Assembly (NCBI GenBank): GCA_017630035.1
Contig: JAGBWA010000062.1
Span: 39,355 to 103,354, forward strand
Direction of reading: 5' to 3'
Source: Bacteroides sp.
Lineage (GTDB): Bacteria > Bacteroidota > Bacteroidia > Bacteroidales > Bacteroidaceae
DNA length: 64,000 bases
In this document: positions 61,255 to 64,000 of the stretch, piece by piece
Layout: every line of letters starts with the position of its first letter
Position numbering within the stretch: position 1 is the first letter of the stretch
Program-made: the position numbers and the translations under genes
Notes under the pieces: model-generated
Told to the model about the DNA's origin: nothing
Database searches by the model: none
What the model saw: only the letters and a program-made list of their open reading frames with translations

Positions 61255-62352
61255 ATGACAAATATGAAAAGATTCGCTACAATAGTACTATGTATAATGG
61301 CTGTGGCCACGATGAAAGCACAAACAGAAGTTACAGCCGGCATCATGCGAGGCAAGGATTATGGCGTTACGTATATGTTGCCACAAACAGAAATTATAAT
61401 CAATGTGGAAACAACCAAGCACACCTATACGCCCGGCGAGCTATGCCGATATGCCGAACAATTCTTACGCATGAACAATGTATCGTCAGAGCCAAGCAGC
61501 TATTGGAGCATCGACAACATTTCGATAGAGTTGGCTGGTGTACCCGATAAGGAGAAGGTATATTTTGTAAAGATGAAGGAGAAGACAAGTGCCCCTATGA
61601 TGGAACTAACCGAAGAGGGCATTATTCGCTCCATCAATATGCCTTTCAGCGGAAAGAAGGCACCGCAACAAGCCGTTAGTCAACAACCGGCAACCAACAA
61701 CAATGCCATTACGTTCGATGCAAGCAGCTATCTTACCGAAGAGATTTTGATGGCCAATTCGAGTGCCAAGATGGCCGAACTGATTGCTAAAGAGATTTAC
61801 GAAATCCGCGAAAGCAAGAACGCCTTAGTTAGAGGCGAATCGGACAACCTACCACAAGATGGAGCGCAATTGAAGTTGATGCTCGACAACTTAAACCACC
61901 AAGAGCAAGCCTTGATGGCCATGTTTATCGGTAACAGAACCGAAGAGAAAAAGAGCCATACCATCCGTTTCACCCCATGCGAAGTAAAGAATGCCATTGC
62001 TTTCCGTTTCTCCACTAAACTGGGTATGGTAGAGAACGACAACTTGGCCGGTGCGCCTGCCTACATCACAATCACCGACTTAAAGAACCCCGAAATTCCC
62101 GTTGTCGCTCCCGAAGAAGAAGGTAGTAAGAAGAAAGAAAAGACATTGAGCGGTATTGTTTACAACGTACCCGGCCGTGCACATATTGCATTGACATACA
62201 ACAACCAAGTGATTTTCGAAGACGAACAACCCGTGTCACAATTTGGCGGCATCGAATATCTATCGCCCGTTCTCTTCAATAAAAACTCCGGCACCCAAGT
62301 GCTGTTCGACACTGCTACCGGTGGATTACTAAAGGTTCATCGGGAGAATTGA
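61255..62352 (+). CDS. Secreted protein (DUF4831-like)
   Basis: Signal peptide, GVTY.LP.T, PGE..RYAE and YEIRES motifs. Confidence 0.75.
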   Translation: MTNMKRFATIVLCIMAVATMKAQTEVTAGIMRGKDYGVTYMLPQTEIIINVETTKHTYTPGELCRYAEQFLRMNNVSSEPSSYWSIDNISIELAGVPDKEKVYFVKMKEKTSAPMMELTEEGIIRSINMPFSGKKAPQQAVSQQPATNNNAITFDASSYLTEEILMANSSAKMAELIAKEIYEIRESKNALVRGESDNLPQDGAQLKLMLDNLNHQEQALMAMFIGNRTEEKKSHTIRFTPCEVKNAIAFRFSTKLGMVENDNLAGAPAYITITDLKNPEIPVVAPEEEGSKKKEKTLSGIVYNVPGRAHIALTYNNQVIFEDEQPVSQFGGIEYLSPVLFNKNSGTQVLFDTATGGLLKVHREN

Positions 62353-62376
62353 TTTAGAATTACTCCAATAAATAAT

Positions 62377-62412
62377 ATGGGGCGCACAACAAGTTTGTTA
62401 TGCGCCCCATTT
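62377..62412. terminator. Terminator between convergent genes
   Basis: atggggcgca caaca..tgtta tgcgccccat. Confidence 0.75.
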
Positions 62413-62445
62413 CTATATAATCCCCTAATGGATTGATTACCGCTT

Positions 62446-63063
62446 TTAGAAATAAATACCAAGATTTAATTGTAAAGCCCCGAATTTACCTGCTATTTTA
62501 TTGTTATTGGTTTTCACTTCACCAGTTTTGGTAATATCGGCACTAAATGCAAGAGACAACTCTAAATGCTTAAAAAGCGTTGTGCCAACACCAAAGTTTG
62601 CACCAAGATTGAAGTTATTATGCGACCAATTTCCATCTTCTTTTTTTATATCTTTCCCTTCGAGAACAATTCCCAATTGAGGTCCTGCAAAGAGATAGAA
62701 TCCTAAATTATCCTTAAACAGGCTGAATCCAAGACGCAAATTGGCAGGTATAAGAAGTTGCTTCTGCTCAATATTATAAAAATTATAATATCCGCCACCA
62801 GAGGCATTAAAAACCTCAACGTGCGATTCTTTATAGTCATACAAAACTCCAGCCTCAATGTCTAAACACTTTATTGGCAATGCAAACTTTACAACAGGAC
62901 CAACATAGTAATTCCAATCAGGATGTTCAGAACCATAATCTTTGTCATCAAAGGACATGGAAGTTAAACTTACTCCCGTCTTTATACCAAACTCAACTTG
63001 GGCAAAACTTTCTGTGTTTACAAATACTAAACATAGAAATAATGGAATCAAAATCTTCTTCAT
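62446..63063 (-). CDS. Porin-family / outer membrane beta-barrel protein
   Basis: Signal peptide, FGIKTG, L.IP.NL, FAGPQ and C-terminal LGIYF BAM signal. Confidence 0.8.
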   Translation of the reverse strand: MKKILIPLFLCLVFVNTESFAQVEFGIKTGVSLTSMSFDDKDYGSEHPDWNYYVGPVVKFALPIKCLDIEAGVLYDYKESHVEVFNASGGGYYNFYNIEQKQLLIPANLRLGFSLFKDNLGFYLFAGPQLGIVLEGKDIKKEDGNWSHNNFNLGANFGVGTTLFKHLELSLAFSADITKTGEVKTNNNKIAGKFGALQLNLGIYF

Positions 63064-63200
63064 ACGTTTGTGTGTTTTAATTGTTCAACAATATACATTT
63101 CTATCTATTAGACGCAGAAAGTGTGATTTTACTGCATAGAAAAGAAGATTTTTTTATTTTTTCTTTCTACCGCCGAAATCGAAGCCAATGCCGACAGTCA
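63061..63200. repeat. Direct repeat copy A (intergenic spacer plus 3' end of the upstream paralogue)
   Basis: Aligns with 63595-63733. The core agacgcaRaaagtgtgattttactgcat is 27/28 identical (63110-63137 vs 63642-63669). Confidence 0.85.
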
Positions 63201-63597
63201 ATCCCCCATCACCTTCACCATCCATCAAGTATCCAACTTTTACATTAAAATGCTTAAAACGATAGCCGACTGAAGGGTGAATATTAAATTCGTAATCTTT
63301 TTCAATATAGGTGTTAACATCAATGAACGGAGTAAATCTGTCTTTGATAGTGGCATCGTATCGAAAATTTGCAAGACCGGCCCAATCAGACCCTCCCATC
63401 CAAGATATACCAACAACACCCACACCGACAAATATATTCGGATTGAATTGATAACCATGAGTAGTAGAAATACCAGGAAGACCCACTTCTACAAATCCGC
63501 GATACCCGCTTCCTAAACTCTTCTTACCTTCTTGCCCCATTACATTTGTCGCCAATGAGAGAAGGAGCAACATCGTTGCAATAACTTTTACTTTCAT
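63154..63597 (-). CDS. Small putative outer membrane beta-barrel protein
   Basis: Signal peptide, GYRGFVE, THGYQFNP.IF.G.G and GIGFDFGGRKKK. Confidence 0.75.
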   Translation of the reverse strand: MKVKVIATMLLLLSLATNVMGQEGKKSLGSGYRGFVEVGLPGISTTHGYQFNPNIFVGVGVVGISWMGGSDWAGLANFRYDATIKDRFTPFIDVNTYIEKDYEFNIHPSVGYRFKHFNVKVGYLMDGEGDGGLTVGIGFDFGGRKKK

Positions 63598-63733
63598 ATT
63601 GTTTGTGTTTTAATTGGTTAGTAATATCATTCCTATATATAAGACGCAAAAAGTGTGATTTTACTGCATGGGAAAGAAGAAAATTTTTATTTTTTCTTTC
63701 TTCCGCCGAAATCGAAGCCGATGCCGATAGTAA
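63595..63733. repeat. Direct repeat copy B
   Basis: Aligns with 63061-63200. Confidence 0.85.
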
Positions 63734-64000
63734 AGATTCCGTCTGCATTCTTAACCTTCCAATAACCGGCCTTAACATTTATATGATTGTAACGGCAACC
63801 AATAGAAGGATGAATATTAAGTAGGTAATCATCTTTAGGCAAAATATAGGTTTTCACATCTAAGAATGGAATAAACTTACCTTTGGTAGTAGCATCAATT
63901 CGAACGTTAGCATTGAGGTTCCATTCATCGCCTGCAATGGAAGCCATATAGGTAACACCGGCACCGGCAAAGATATGGGGATTGAATTGATAACCATGAG
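63687..64000 (-). CDS. Paralogue of 63154-63597 (5' end outside the window)
   Basis: The frame stays open to the window edge: HGYQFNPHIFAGAGV...NIHPSIG.R..H.NVK.GY...GIGFDFGGRKKK. Confidence 0.8.
   Translation of the reverse strand, partial: HGYQFNPHIFAGAGVTYMASIAGDEWNLNANVRIDATTKGKFIPFLDVKTYILPKDDYLLNIHPSIGCRYNHINVKAGYWKVKNADGIFTIGIGFDFGGRKKK

Noticed and set aside
63061-63733. Array spacers as integron attC sites
   Set aside because: No RYYYAAC/GTTRRRY ends or long internal palindrome are present, and the repeat extends into coding sequence, which favours tandem duplication.

Overview
A 64 kb stretch of core chromosome from a Bacteroidales (Bacteroides/Phocaeicola-like) genome. The assignment rests on protein identities and many TAnnTTTG -7 promoter boxes. 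About 55 CDSs are present, mostly housekeeping: eno, gdhB, cca, thyA-folA, exbB/exbD, tonB, cmk-ispH, pfkA, the ilvD-ilvB-ilvN-thioesterase-ilvC operon, slyD, aroC, topB, queA, glmM, fmt and rpe. The window also holds tRNA-Ser(GGA), two ECF sigma operons, a CzcCBA-like heavy-metal RND pump and, at the right edge, an AT-rich tandem array of small outer-membrane protein genes. No transposase, integrase, prophage or CRISPR array is visible. The main signals are regulatory or non-coding. (1) A His/Cys-rich secreted-type uORF ending in the ribosome-arrest motif RAPP sits directly upstream of the metal efflux pump, making it a candidate metal-sensing arrest peptide. (2) An unannotated Val/Leu/Ile-rich leader peptide with a terminator/antiterminator pair lies upstream of ilvD. 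(3) Several dispersed repeat families occur: 22-bp-period palindromic trimers (one inserted in frame in rsmF), ACTCAnn heptamer arrays and GTAG-type REPs. Family names are from recognition of motifs only; no database search was run.
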